Source: an uncultured Muribaculaceae bacterium (GTDB lineage Bacteria; Bacteroidota; Bacteroidia; Bacteroidales; UBA932). Taken from it: a DNA stretch of 64,000 nt. Positions 25,480 to 35,171 of the stretch are shown here, in pieces; positions within the stretch are counted from its first letter, which is position 1; the number at the start of each line of letters is the position of its first letter. Location of the stretch: positions 3,600 to 67,599 of the forward strand of contig CAZSXE010000004.1 of assembly GCA_964611185.1 (NCBI GenBank), read 5' to 3'. Made by a program: the position numbers and the translations under genes. Under the pieces are notes generated by a model, which did not search any database, was not told the origin of the DNA, and saw only the letters and a list, made by a program, of their open reading frames with translations.

Positions 25480-26901
25480 ATGGGAGCTTTTTTAGTATAT
25501 ACCTTTAAAGTGGCGATTTGTCTTTTGCTGTTTTTTGTTTTTGTTAAATTGGCCTTCGGCAATGATACATTTCATCGCTTTAATCGTGCTGCGTGGCTTT
25601 CAATCATTCCACTTTCGCTGATTATTCCTCTTTTTAATTTCAAGTTTTTGAAGTGGATGGGATGGAAATCTGAATCGATGGAGGCTGTGGAATTGGCGCA
25701 AGCCGAGGAGGTAAGTATCGGATCTATTGCCTCTGGGGGCGATGAAACAAGTATTTCACTGATCGTTTCTATTGCTGTCGCAATATGGCTTCTCGGTGCA
25801 ATTGCCGTAGGCTTAACATTCTTGGTATCTTACTTTAAGATGTTCAGGACTATCCACTCCGGAGGATATAATTCTTCGTATGCGGAGTTGGTGAATAATT
25901 GTAAAGATATAGTTAAATATAGTGGAGATGTTAGATTATCTGTGGTGGAATGTGATATTCCCCCATTTAGCTGGATGAATTATATTGTTATTTCTAAGAA
26001 GGATATAGATGAAGACGGAAGGGAGATTCTTTTGCATGAAATTTCCCATATAAAGGCAAAACATTCGATTGATATGATATTTATCGATCTAATGATTGTG
26101 TTTCAGTGGTTTAATCCTGCCTCTTATCTTATAAAAAGGTCACTGCAGCAAGTTCACGAATATTGTGCTGACGATTCAGTTATCGAAGCAGGCGTGGACG
26201 GGCGAAAGTACCAGTTATTATTAATCAAAAAAGCTGTTGGACAGCGTCTCTATACTATGGCCAACAGCTTTAATCACAGCAAATTAAAAAACAGAATTAC
26301 TATGATGTTAAAAGAAAAATCATCTCGTTGGGGGTATGCAAAATGTCTTTATGCTCTCCCGCTACTACTAATCGCCGCTACGGCATTTGCATCACCCGAA
26401 ATGTCGTCTGCTTTTGAAGACATTTCAAATGTCAAATTTACACAAAATTCTCCTATTAAAGACACAGTCGATAAAAAAAATGGGAATGCGATCGATGAGG
26501 TCGTAGTTGTATCTTATGGAGATAAAAATAATTCTCAAGAGAAAGTTGAAAAAGAGGAGGTCTATCAATATGCTATAATTGAAGAAAAGCCTACTTTTAA
26601 TGGGGGAAATCCAGGTGAATTTTCAAAATGGGTGGCTCAAAATCTTATTTATCCTGACGGTGCGAGAAAGAATAAAACCGCAGGGAGGCTCACTTATCAG
26701 TTTACAATAGGGAAAGATGGTAAACTATCCAATATAAAAGAGATGAGAGCCAATATTACAGGAGATAAATCAAAGGCGCATCTTCTTAAGGAGGAGGCTA
26801 TGAGAGTATTATTGTCATCTCCTGCTTGGACCCCAGGCAAAAAGGATGGGAAAGCGGTAGATGTAGTTATGATTTTCCCTATCATATTCCAAGTAAGATA
26901 A
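25480..26901 (+). CDS. BlaR1-type M56 peptidase fused to a TonB C-terminal domain
   Basis: 473 aa. N-terminal TMs, HEXXH (LLHEISHIKAKH), a further TM (LYALPLLLIAATAFA), then a TonB_C-like region EEKPTFNGGNPGEFSKWVAQNLIYP...GRLTYQFTIGKDGK...WTPGKKDGKAVDV. Confidence 0.85.
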   Translation: MGAFLVYTFKVAICLLLFFVFVKLAFGNDTFHRFNRAAWLSIIPLSLIIPLFNFKFLKWMGWKSESMEAVELAQAEEVSIGSIASGGDETSISLIVSIAVAIWLLGAIAVGLTFLVSYFKMFRTIHSGGYNSSYAELVNNCKDIVKYSGDVRLSVVECDIPPFSWMNYIVISKKDIDEDGREILLHEISHIKAKHSIDMIFIDLMIVFQWFNPASYLIKRSLQQVHEYCADDSVIEAGVDGRKYQLLLIKKAVGQRLYTMANSFNHSKLKNRITMMLKEKSSRWGYAKCLYALPLLLIAATAFASPEMSSAFEDISNVKFTQNSPIKDTVDKKNGNAIDEVVVVSYGDKNNSQEKVEKEEVYQYAIIEEKPTFNGGNPGEFSKWVAQNLIYPDGARKNKTAGRLTYQFTIGKDGKLSNIKEMRANITGDKSKAHLLKEEAMRVLLSSPAWTPGKKDGKAVDVVMIFPIIFQVR

Positions 26902-26988
26902 AGCTATGAATGGAGGCAGGATTTTATTTATAGCTTTTCTTTTGATTTTATGTGTTGTGAAAAATTTGGAAATCATACAAATATAACT

Positions 26989-26996
26989 TATTTTTG
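26989..26996 (+). promoter_or_regulatory. -7 box (TATTTTTG) upstream of rpsA
   Basis: Matches TAnnTTTG, 67 nt upstream of ATG 27063. Confidence 0.4.
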
Positions 26997-27062
26997 CGCT
27001 CCTTCTGAAAATGAAGGATTATAAATAATGTTTAACGCCTTGTTGATTAATTAATTACAAAC

Positions 27063-28967
27063 ATGACAAAAGAAAAACAAATCGTGGAGAATGATGATAA
27101 TATCGATCTCCCAAAAGTAAAAAATGAAGAGGATAAATTAGACTCTTTCGTAGAAGAGGCTCCCGCAATCGAGGATGCTACCAAAAAACGCAAAAGCAAT
27201 GCCTCTGTTCCTGTCGATAAATTTGACTGGGATAGTTTTGAAAAAGACTCTGCCTGCGATATTGATAAAAACGCAGTGGAAGAGAGTTACAACCAGACAC
27301 TTTCAAAAGTAGTTGAAAACGAAGTAGTAGAGGGTGTGGTTATGGCTCTTAATAAAAGAGAGGTTCTTGTAAATATCGGATACAAGAGCGAAGGAGTTAT
27401 TAATATAAATGAATTCCGCTATGACCCAGATATTAAAGTGGGCGATAAAGTGGAAGTATATGTAGAAACAGCTGAAGATAAAAAAGGGCAGCTGATTCTT
27501 TCTCATAGAAAAGCACATTCACTGCACTCTTGGGATATGGTTAATGATGCTTTTGAAAAAGACGAAGTGGTTAAAGGCTATGTTAAATGCCGCACCAAAG
27601 GTGGTATGATTGTCGATGTATTCGGAATCGAGGCGTTTCTTCCCGGTTCTCAAATTGATGTCAAACCGATTCGTGATTACGATGTCTTCGTAAATAAAAC
27701 TATGGATTTCAAAATTGTCAAAATCAATCATGAATTCCGTAATGTAGTCGTATCTCATAAGGCTCTAATTGAAGCTGAAATCGAGGCTCAGAAAGCCGAT
27801 ATTATCGGTAAACTTGAAAAAGGTCAGATTCTTGAAGGAACTGTTAAAAATATCACCTCTTATGGCGTATTTGTCGATCTCGGTGGTGTTGACGGGCTTA
27901 TCCATATTACCGACCTTTCATGGGGAAGAATAAATCATCCTGACGAGGTAGTAACTCTTGATCAGAAGATCAATGTAGTTATTCTTGATTTTGATGATAC
28001 TAAGAAGCGTATCGCATTGGGCTTAAAACAGCTTACTCCTCATCCTTGGGATGCTTTGAATCCTGATTTGAAAGTTGGTGACAAGGTAAAAGGTAAAGTG
28101 GTAGTTATTGCCGATTACGGCGCATTCATCGAGATTCAGCCTGGTGTTGAAGGTCTTATCCATGTTTCAGAAATGAGCTGGAGTCTTCATTTACGCAGTG
28201 CTCAGGATTTCTTGAAAGTGGGAGATGAAGTAGAAGCAGTTATCCTTACCCTTGATAGAGATGAGAGAAAAATGTCTCTCGGTATCAAACAGCTTAAAGA
28301 GGATCCTTGGACCAATATCCTTGAAAAATATCCTATTAATTCAAAACATACCGCAACTGTTCGCAATTTCACTAATTTCGGTGTATTTGTTGAGCTTGAA
28401 GAGGGTGTTGACGGACTCGTTCATATCAGTGATCTTTCTTGGACAAAGAAGATTAAGCATCCTTCAGAATTTACCTCCATCGGAGATACCCTTGAGGTAG
28501 TAGTTCTTGAGGTCGATCAGGAAAATCGCCGTCTCAGCCTTGGTCACAAACAGCTTGAAGAAAATCCTTGGGATGTGTTTGAAACTGTATTTACCCTCGG
28601 TTCTGTTCACGAAGGGACAATCATTAATTTTATCGATAAAGGTGCTACCGTCGCTCTTCCTTACGGAATTGAAGGATTCTGCTCAATAAAGAATCTTGTT
28701 AAACAGGATGGAACTACTGCTAATGTCGATGAAAAGCTTGATTTCAAAGTGATTGAATTCAATAAATCGAACAAGAAAATAGTCCTTTCTCATACCAAAA
28801 CTTGGGAAGAACCCAAGAAAGAGGAAGTGAAGGAAAAATTATTGGATACCGATAGCACTCAGAAAGCGGTTAAGAAATTGAAAGCCAATTTGGAAAAAAC
28901 CACTTTGGGAGACATTTCTGAACTCGCCGACTTGAAAGATAAGATGGAAAAATCTGCAAAAAAATAA
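27063..28967 (+). CDS. rpsA: 30S ribosomal protein S1
   Basis: 634 aa with six S1 repeats (for example GTVKNITSYGVFVDLGGVDGLIHITD). Acidic N-terminal extension. Confidence 0.95.
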   Translation: MTKEKQIVENDDNIDLPKVKNEEDKLDSFVEEAPAIEDATKKRKSNASVPVDKFDWDSFEKDSACDIDKNAVEESYNQTLSKVVENEVVEGVVMALNKREVLVNIGYKSEGVININEFRYDPDIKVGDKVEVYVETAEDKKGQLILSHRKAHSLHSWDMVNDAFEKDEVVKGYVKCRTKGGMIVDVFGIEAFLPGSQIDVKPIRDYDVFVNKTMDFKIVKINHEFRNVVVSHKALIEAEIEAQKADIIGKLEKGQILEGTVKNITSYGVFVDLGGVDGLIHITDLSWGRINHPDEVVTLDQKINVVILDFDDTKKRIALGLKQLTPHPWDALNPDLKVGDKVKGKVVVIADYGAFIEIQPGVEGLIHVSEMSWSLHLRSAQDFLKVGDEVEAVILTLDRDERKMSLGIKQLKEDPWTNILEKYPINSKHTATVRNFTNFGVFVELEEGVDGLVHISDLSWTKKIKHPSEFTSIGDTLEVVVLEVDQENRRLSLGHKQLEENPWDVFETVFTLGSVHEGTIINFIDKGATVALPYGIEGFCSIKNLVKQDGTTANVDEKLDFKVIEFNKSNKKIVLSHTKTWEEPKKEEVKEKLLDTDSTQKAVKKLKANLEKTTLGDISELADLKDKMEKSAKK

Positions 28968-29013
28968 TGGATTTTTCTCTTACTACATCACAAACACGCA
29001 GTAAGTAGATATC

Positions 29014-29051
29014 AAAGCGCTCTTATGTAATACATACATGGGCGCTTTTTT
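29014..29051 (+). terminator. hairpin plus T-run downstream of rpsA
   Basis: AAAGCGC (29014-29020) pairs with GCGCTTT (29042-29048), followed by a T-run to 29051. The loop is large (21 nt). A second hairpin TCGATATA/TATATCGA lies at 29056-29084. Confidence 0.45.
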
Positions 29052-29122
29052 ATTGTCGATATAGGGAAGATATTTTTATATCGAACTGATAAAATATTAA
29101 ATTTGTTTTTTATATCAATTTT

Positions 29123-30703
29123 ATGAAGAAAATATTATTAATTATACTCTTATCTCTGATGGCTTTGGGGATGATGGCCCAAAATGGAAATAATGTTTCG
29201 GGGCAGATTACAAAATTCGGGCAAACACTCTATTATATAAATAACTATTATCTTGATACGGTCAATTTTAAGACAATTGTGGATAAGGCAATTATTGCTG
29301 CTATCGGGGAGCTTGATCCACATTCTTCTTTTATATCGTCTGATGATGTAAAAGCGATGAACGAACCTCTTGAGGGAGAATTTGAAGGGATTGGTGTCGA
29401 GTTTGCAATAATCCACGATACTTTAACTGTACAAGCTCCGGTATTTGGGGGGCCATCGGAGAAAGTGGGAATATTGACAGGCGATAAAATTGTCTCTGTT
29501 AATGGAGAGAATATTGCAGGTATCTCTTTAACTAATGAAATGGTTTTCAAATATTTACGAGGAGCTAAAGGGACAAAGGTGGATCTCGGGATAGTTCGCA
29601 AGGAGGAGAGAAAATTATTAATTTTCACAGTGGTGAGGGACAAAATACCATTGAATAGCGTAGATGCGGTATATCAGGTAGAACCAGGATATTTATATAT
29701 AAAACTCAGCCGTTTTGCCTCTTCTTCTTACGATGAAATGATTCAAGCTATGGCGAGCGTTAAAGGGGCTATAAAAGGGATAATTCTCGATTTGAGAGGT
29801 AATTCAGGGGGCTATCTCTATTCTGCAATCAAGATTGCAAATGAATTTCTTGATAAAAACAATATGATTGTCTATACCCAGGGGAGAACTGTACCCGATA
29901 TGAAAGAGCTTGCTGACGGGAATGGGAAATATAAAAGAGGGCCTCTTGTACTCCTTGTTGATGAAAATTCGGCATCTGCAAGTGAAATAGTGTCAGGAGC
30001 TGTCCAAGACTGGGATAGAGGAATTATAATAGGAAGACGCACTTTCGGAAAGGGGCTTGTTCAACAAGCTATGCCTCTGAGTGACGGCTCGCAGCTGAGG
30101 CTTACAATTGCGAAATATCACACCCCTTCCGGTAGAGTAATCCAGTCCCCTTATAAAAATGGAAAATCTCAAGAATATTATCTTGATTTTTATAAGAGAT
30201 ATGCTCACGGGGAGTCTTTCAGCAAGGACAGTATCCATTTTCCCGATTCTCTCAAATATAAAACATTGCGTTTGAAAAGGACTGTTTTTGGCGGAGGAGG
30301 GATTATGCCGGATATATTTGTCCCTGCCGACACCTCATATTATTCTGATTATTACGCCTCGCTTCTGAGACGGGGTGTCGTGATAGAGTATATGAATGAT
30401 CAGATAGATAAAAACAGAAAAGTATGGAGTGTGTATTCTTCTTTTGAAAAATTTGATAAACATTTCATTATTACAGATGATATGTTTAACGGTTTGGTCG
30501 ATGCGGCAAAGAAAAAAGGGATTGAGCCTGATGAAGCTCAAATCGCTATTTCAAAAAATGTATTAAAAATATATATGAAAGCATTAGTAGCGAGTTCAAT
30601 AGTCGGTAGAGATGCTTTCTACAGGATTTTACACAAATATGATGATCCTGTATTCATTAAAACAATGGAAGTATTAAAAAACTGGGAGAAGTATGGATTT
30701 TAA
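29123..30703 (+). CDS. ctp: S41-family C-terminal processing peptidase
   Basis: 526 aa. Signal peptide (MMA|QNG), PDZ (GILTGDKIVSVNGE), catalytic Ser context DENSASASEIVSGA and Lys context TFGKGLVQ. Confidence 0.9.
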   Translation: MKKILLIILLSLMALGMMAQNGNNVSGQITKFGQTLYYINNYYLDTVNFKTIVDKAIIAAIGELDPHSSFISSDDVKAMNEPLEGEFEGIGVEFAIIHDTLTVQAPVFGGPSEKVGILTGDKIVSVNGENIAGISLTNEMVFKYLRGAKGTKVDLGIVRKEERKLLIFTVVRDKIPLNSVDAVYQVEPGYLYIKLSRFASSSYDEMIQAMASVKGAIKGIILDLRGNSGGYLYSAIKIANEFLDKNNMIVYTQGRTVPDMKELADGNGKYKRGPLVLLVDENSASASEIVSGAVQDWDRGIIIGRRTFGKGLVQQAMPLSDGSQLRLTIAKYHTPSGRVIQSPYKNGKSQEYYLDFYKRYAHGESFSKDSIHFPDSLKYKTLRLKRTVFGGGGIMPDIFVPADTSYYSDYYASLLRRGVVIEYMNDQIDKNRKVWSVYSSFEKFDKHFIITDDMFNGLVDAAKKKGIEPDEAQIAISKNVLKIYMKALVASSIVGRDAFYRILHKYDDPVFIKTMEVLKNWEKYGF

Positions 30704-31742
30704 AAAAACAGTAATATCGTTATTATTAATAAGTGTGTTGTCGTGTAGCGGGATTAACACTCTTTTTTCACAAAGCAGAGGAGAAACGAGGCAGTATAAG
30801 TCTGCTGTTTCTAAAGGAGATATGAAAGGGTACGAGAAGTTTTTAAAAAAATATCCCAATTCTGTTTATGCTCCCAAAATCAATCATATTATAGACTCTG
30901 TAAATTTTTCAAAAGTTAATAAGAGTGATATTTCTTCCTGTCTCTCATTCATCTGTACATACCCGGATTCTCATTATTGCGCAGAGCTTGATGATATTAT
31001 TGAATCATCTGTTCTTAGAGACAGATATATTCAAAATGATAAACAGCTTGATAAATGCAGATTAATAGAGCCTTTGACAAGCGTTAGAATAGGGGATAGA
31101 GGGTACTATTATTACATTTATGAAAATTATGGTGAAAAATACCCCGATATGCTTGAGTATGTGGCCGCTTTACTTGATAAGGAGAGCGGTACTTCTTATT
31201 ATGCAATGTTCTCTGGGAAGAAAAAACCCTCTTCAAATATGATAGGATATATCATTGAGGGTGAAATAATGGATGAGGAGACTAACAGGCAGTTTAAAAC
31301 ACCTGAGATGACCTATTTGCTGAACATCCTCACTCATAAAGATTTCTTAGTCCCTATTTCCAAAGGGGATATTATTACTGATCAGGCTATAGAATGGTGG
31401 CTGGAGAATAATAAGAAAAGAGCGAGGAAATTGAATTTCGGAATTCTCTTAGAAGAAAGCTCTATTGTGGATAAATTCAAAACGATGGCAGAGTTTGAGA
31501 AAAATAAAGTGTATAAAGTCGCCTTATTTGATATTAGAGGCTATACAGTAATATGTGCTCAAAAATCTTCTTCTGAATATATTCTTGTGTGGTGTGAGCC
31601 TGTTTGTAAAAATACTGATAAAGATTTATTACTTAATACCATTTACTTTGAAAGCACTAATTCTTTGGTCCTTTATTATTATAAGGGAAAAACTACTTTC
31701 AAGGTAAGGGTTAACCTTGCAAATAAAGAGGTAAGATATTGA
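30693..31742 (+). CDS. hypothetical exported protein
   Basis: 349 aa, overlapping the ctp 3' end by 11 nt. Signal peptide (LFS|QSR). Two YPNS.Y / YPDSHY half-TPR-like motifs near the N-terminus. No recognised catalytic motif. Confidence 0.5.
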   Translation: MDFKKTVISLLLISVLSCSGINTLFSQSRGETRQYKSAVSKGDMKGYEKFLKKYPNSVYAPKINHIIDSVNFSKVNKSDISSCLSFICTYPDSHYCAELDDIIESSVLRDRYIQNDKQLDKCRLIEPLTSVRIGDRGYYYYIYENYGEKYPDMLEYVAALLDKESGTSYYAMFSGKKKPSSNMIGYIIEGEIMDEETNRQFKTPEMTYLLNILTHKDFLVPISKGDIITDQAIEWWLENNKKRARKLNFGILLEESSIVDKFKTMAEFEKNKVYKVALFDIRGYTVICAQKSSSEYILVWCEPVCKNTDKDLLLNTIYFESTNSLVLYYYKGKTTFKVRVNLANKEVRY

Positions 31743-31747
31743 TTTCT

Positions 31748-32230
31748 CTACTTAGTATTCAAATTATCGAAAATAAAAGGCATGAGTGAGCGTATTCCAT
31801 CAAATACTTGAATGGTGGCATTACTCCCTATTATTATCTTGATAGGCTTTTTAGATAAAATCTCGTATTCTGCCATGACTTGCCGGCATGCTCCGCAGGG
31901 ATATGTCAGTGATGAAAGCATATCTGATCCTGAGACAGCAGTTATGGCAATGGCTTCGATGTTTTCTGTAGGGTAATTGGCGTGAGCAGCAAACATGGCT
32001 GTCCTTTCTGCGCACAAGCCTGAGGGATATGCGGAATTTTCCTGATTAGCTCCCAAAACTATTTTACCATTTGTAAGTCTTACGGCTGCTCCTACATGAA
32101 AATTTGAGTATGGAGCGTATGAACCTTTAGTGGCGGAAATTGCTTTATTTAAAAGGAGTGCATCTTCTTCAGGGAGTTCATTGATGGATTTATATTCAAG
32201 ATAATGTATGGAAATACTCTTTTTATTCAT
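31748..32230 (-). CDS. cdd: cytidine deaminase
   Basis: 160 aa with zinc motifs CAERTAMF and PCGACRQVM. Confidence 0.9.
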   Translation of the reverse strand: MNKKSISIHYLEYKSINELPEEDALLLNKAISATKGSYAPYSNFHVGAAVRLTNGKIVLGANQENSAYPSGLCAERTAMFAAHANYPTENIEAIAITAVSGSDMLSSLTYPCGACRQVMAEYEILSKKPIKIIIGSNATIQVFDGIRSLMPFIFDNLNTK

Positions 32231-32271
32231 GATATATGGATTATTGCAGACAAATGTAATAAAACTTTTAG

Positions 32272-32279
32272 TATTTTTG
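32272..32279 (+). promoter_or_regulatory. -7 box (TATTTTTG) upstream of the glucosaminidase gene
   Basis: Matches TAnnTTTG, 21 nt upstream of ATG 32300. Confidence 0.4.
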
Positions 32280-32299
32280 TATGAATAATTAATAACTTT

Positions 32300-33289
32300 A
32301 TGGATAATAAAAGGCTCAAATTCTTCTTTAGTACTTTTTTGATGATATGTTTGTTTTCTACAACTGCTTTATGGGCACAAGAAAAAATGACACGTCAGCA
32401 GTATATAGATAAGTATAAGGATATTGCCCTTGAGCAGATGAAATCGCACGGTATTCCCGCAAGTATTACTTTGGCACAAGGGTGCCTCGAATCGGGGGAT
32501 GGTAACTCTCCATTAGCTAAGGAGGCGAATAACCATTTTGGAATAAAGTGTCATAATGACTGGAAAGGGCCATCCATGCGTTTGGATGATGATCAGAAAG
32601 ATGAATGTTTTAGAAAATATAAAAAAGCAAGTGACTCTTATGATGATCATGGAGATTTTCTCAGGGGTAGGGATCGTTATTCTTCTCTTTTTGATTTAAA
32701 AATCACCGATTATAAAGGATGGGCTTATGGATTGAAAAAAGCAGGGTATGCTACAAATCCTCAATATGCTCAGATGCTTATTAAGATAATCGAGGACTAT
32801 GGACTGTATAAATATGATTCTGAATTAGCTGGAAAGGCTCTTAAGGAAAAAGGGTTACTTCCTCCAAGCCCTGCTCAGCTTGAGGCTCTGATTCGGCTGA
32901 AACCTGCTAAACATTCTCCTCTTTACAAGTATTCTTTGAACCGTACTCTATATGTTCAAAATAATGTTGCTTATGTAATTGCTAACGAGGGAGATACCTA
33001 TAAGTCAATAGGAGAGGAGTATAATCTGTTCCCTCGCGAAATTTTAAGATTTAATGATGTTAAAAATGATTGTTCTCTATCTTCAGGTACTATCGTATAT
33101 ATTCAAAAGAAAAAATGTCGCGCTAAGCGACACCTTGATGTTCATATAGCAGAGGATGGAGATACATATTATGCTATATCACAGCGATATGCTGTCCGTT
33201 TGAGTAAGATTCTAAAATATAATAAAGTCAAATCCTCAGATTCTCCCAAAGAGGGTGATGCCATTTATTTAAGAAGTTCAAAATATTAA
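32300..33289 (+). CDS. glucosaminidase-domain peptidoglycan hydrolase with C-terminal LysM repeats
   Basis: 329 aa. Signal peptide (WA|QEK). GIPASITLAQGCLESGDGNSPLAKEANNHFGIKC (FlgJ/glucosaminidase motif). Two LysM-like blocks (GDTYKSIGEEYN, GDTYYAISQRYA). Confidence 0.8.
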   Translation: MDNKRLKFFFSTFLMICLFSTTALWAQEKMTRQQYIDKYKDIALEQMKSHGIPASITLAQGCLESGDGNSPLAKEANNHFGIKCHNDWKGPSMRLDDDQKDECFRKYKKASDSYDDHGDFLRGRDRYSSLFDLKITDYKGWAYGLKKAGYATNPQYAQMLIKIIEDYGLYKYDSELAGKALKEKGLLPPSPAQLEALIRLKPAKHSPLYKYSLNRTLYVQNNVAYVIANEGDTYKSIGEEYNLFPREILRFNDVKNDCSLSSGTIVYIQKKKCRAKRHLDVHIAEDGDTYYAISQRYAVRLSKILKYNKVKSSDSPKEGDAIYLRSSKY

Positions 33290-33297
33290 TACGGTTT

Positions 33298-34341
33298 ATG
33301 AATAAAAAAAATAAAAAAATATTATTGGGTTTTGCCATTATTGTAATATGCTCAATTATAGGCTATTTTGGCGTTTATTATATAAAGTATAAGATGCCCA
33401 ATGTAAAGAACGAGACAATATTAAAAGTCTATGGCAGCTATACTTATAACCAATTTTTAGATACATTGGAAAAAAGTGGAGCCGTAAATCACTGGAATTT
33501 ATTTAAAAGAGCTTCCGAAGATAGAAGTTTGAAGAATTATCTTAAACCTGGAAGATATCTTTTAAAAAAGGGGATGAGTAATCAGTATCTTATAAGAATG
33601 TTTGCAAACGGATGGCAAACTCCTGTCAATATGACTTTCAAGGGATATGTTAGAAGACTTGATAATCTTGCTTATGTCTTCTCAAAGTGGTTTGAGGCTG
33701 ATTCTGCCTCTTTTTCAGGTGTTCTTAACGATTCTTTGTTGATAGATAGTCTCGGCTTTTCTAAAGAGACATTTATAGCGATGTTTATTCCCAATACTTA
33801 TGAAATATATTGGACAATTACCCCTAAAAATCTTGTTTTAAGATTTAACAAGGAGTATAAACATTTTTGGAATCAAGAGAGGCTATCTAAAGCTAAGGCT
33901 ATGAACTTCACTCCCGTGGAGGTAATTACTCTTGCTTCTATTGTCGCAGAGGAGACAAATTCAGCCGCTGAATGGCCTAAAATTGCGGGTGTTTATATGA
34001 ATCGTATTCGTAAGCATATTCCACTCCAGGCTTGTCCCACAGTAAAATATGTAGTTATTCAGGACGAACCTGATCTAAGACGGATTTTAAACAGACATTT
34101 GAGGGTGGACTCACCTTATAATACTTATAAGCATCGGGGATTGCCGCCCGGTCCCATTACCATCGCACCGGCTGCTGTAATTGATGCAGTTTTAAATTAT
34201 GAAAAGAATGATTACCTCTACTTTTGCGCAAAATCAGAATTTGACGGAACCCATAATTTCTCTTCATCATATTCCCAGCATAAAAGATATTCGAGAGAGT
34301 ATAACAAAGCTTTTAAAGAGTGGGAGAGAAATAATAAATAA
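33298..34341 (+). CDS. mltG: endolytic murein transglycosylase MltG (YceG family)
   Basis: 347 aa. N-terminal TM. LASIVAEETNSAAEWPKIAGVYMNRI and SPYNTYKHRGLPPGPI motifs. Confidence 0.9.
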   Translation: MNKKNKKILLGFAIIVICSIIGYFGVYYIKYKMPNVKNETILKVYGSYTYNQFLDTLEKSGAVNHWNLFKRASEDRSLKNYLKPGRYLLKKGMSNQYLIRMFANGWQTPVNMTFKGYVRRLDNLAYVFSKWFEADSASFSGVLNDSLLIDSLGFSKETFIAMFIPNTYEIYWTITPKNLVLRFNKEYKHFWNQERLSKAKAMNFTPVEVITLASIVAEETNSAAEWPKIAGVYMNRIRKHIPLQACPTVKYVVIQDEPDLRRILNRHLRVDSPYNTYKHRGLPPGPITIAPAAVIDAVLNYEKNDYLYFCAKSEFDGTHNFSSSYSQHKRYSREYNKAFKEWERNNK

Positions 34342-34345
34342 AAAA

Positions 34346-34443
34346 GGGTAAGCTGAATACATCGCACCGCTACGACTACTGTACCTTTGCTATCTTCCGA
34401 TCCTGGAGGAGTTAAGTAGGAGCTGGTCGTGTATGACTTACCC
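34346..34443 (-). ncRNA. ffs: signal recognition particle RNA (small bacterial 4.5S type)
   Basis: Minus strand reads GGGTAAGTC...CCTCCAGGATCGGAAGATAGCAAAGGTACAG...GCTTACCC. The terminal helix is GGGTAAG/CTTACCC. The CAGG-UC-GGAAG-A-AGCA core resembles the domain IV consensus GUCAGGUCCGGAAGGAAGCAGC. Confidence 0.75.
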
Positions 34444-34480
34444 GGGGACAAAGATACGATAAATTATTATTTTTCCAATT

Positions 34481-35152
34481 TTAAAAATTAATTATATCCT
34501 TATATTCACCCATAATGACGATGCGATCATCTTTTAAAAAATCGAGTTTGCTATATGAATCTGATATCTTGTAACTGTAGTAATTAACTCCTAATGCATT
34601 GATTTTCTGGTAGGAATGTTTGAGGCATATAAATTTTAGCTTTGTGTTTTTTTCAAAATCGGCAGCATCGTATGATTTGCCTACCAAATCTTCTGGTATC
34701 TCTCTTTCGATAATATAGTGATCGTCATCGATTTTATATGAGGAGATGAATCCTTTCAACTCCATTAATAGGGCAAATTGTCGCGAAACCACCTTTTCCG
34801 GAAAAAACACATTCTGAATCCCCAGCGATTTCAGTATGGCATACTGTGTGGAATCAGAGGCTCTTATGTATATTTTCCCCACTTTAAGATCTTTTACCAC
34901 CGAATAAATGGTAAGACAAGCTCCGATATCTTTGTGGACTGAAATAAATATAGTGTCAATACCTTTTTGAGGTAGTATTTCCAATGAACTTTTATCCACT
35001 ATATTAAGGCATAATGCTGTGGAAATTTTTGATTTTATATTTTCAACTTTTTCCATGTCTTTATCAATCCCAATAACTTCGTTGCCAAGCTGTGAAAGTT
35101 CTTCTGCAAGGACTGATCCCATTTCTCCGAGACCGATGATAATATATTTCAT
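34481..35152 (-). CDS. TrkA/KtrA-type potassium transporter NAD-binding subunit
   Basis: 223 aa. Rossmann motif IIGLGEMGSVLAEEL and a C-terminal RCK_C-like half. Confidence 0.8.
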   Translation of the reverse strand: MKYIIIGLGEMGSVLAEELSQLGNEVIGIDKDMEKVENIKSKISTALCLNIVDKSSLEILPQKGIDTIFISVHKDIGACLTIYSVVKDLKVGKIYIRASDSTQYAILKSLGIQNVFFPEKVVSRQFALLMELKGFISSYKIDDDHYIIEREIPEDLVGKSYDAADFEKNTKLKFICLKHSYQKINALGVNYYSYKISDSYSKLDFLKDDRIVIMGEYKDIINF

Positions 35153-35171
35153 AATAGATGTATTAATAAAA

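Noticed and set aside
26906-26986. 26-codon hydrophobic mini-ORF (MNGGRILFIAFLLILCVVKNLEIIQI) just after the BlaR1-TonB gene
   Set aside because: No way to separate it from chance in AT-rich intergenic DNA, and no promoter box of its own. It would need ribosome profiling or conservation evidence.
34218-34451. 77-aa minus-strand ORF downstream of mltG
   Set aside because: It overlaps the mltG 3' end and the SRP RNA. The conserved SRP domain IV sequence explains the region.
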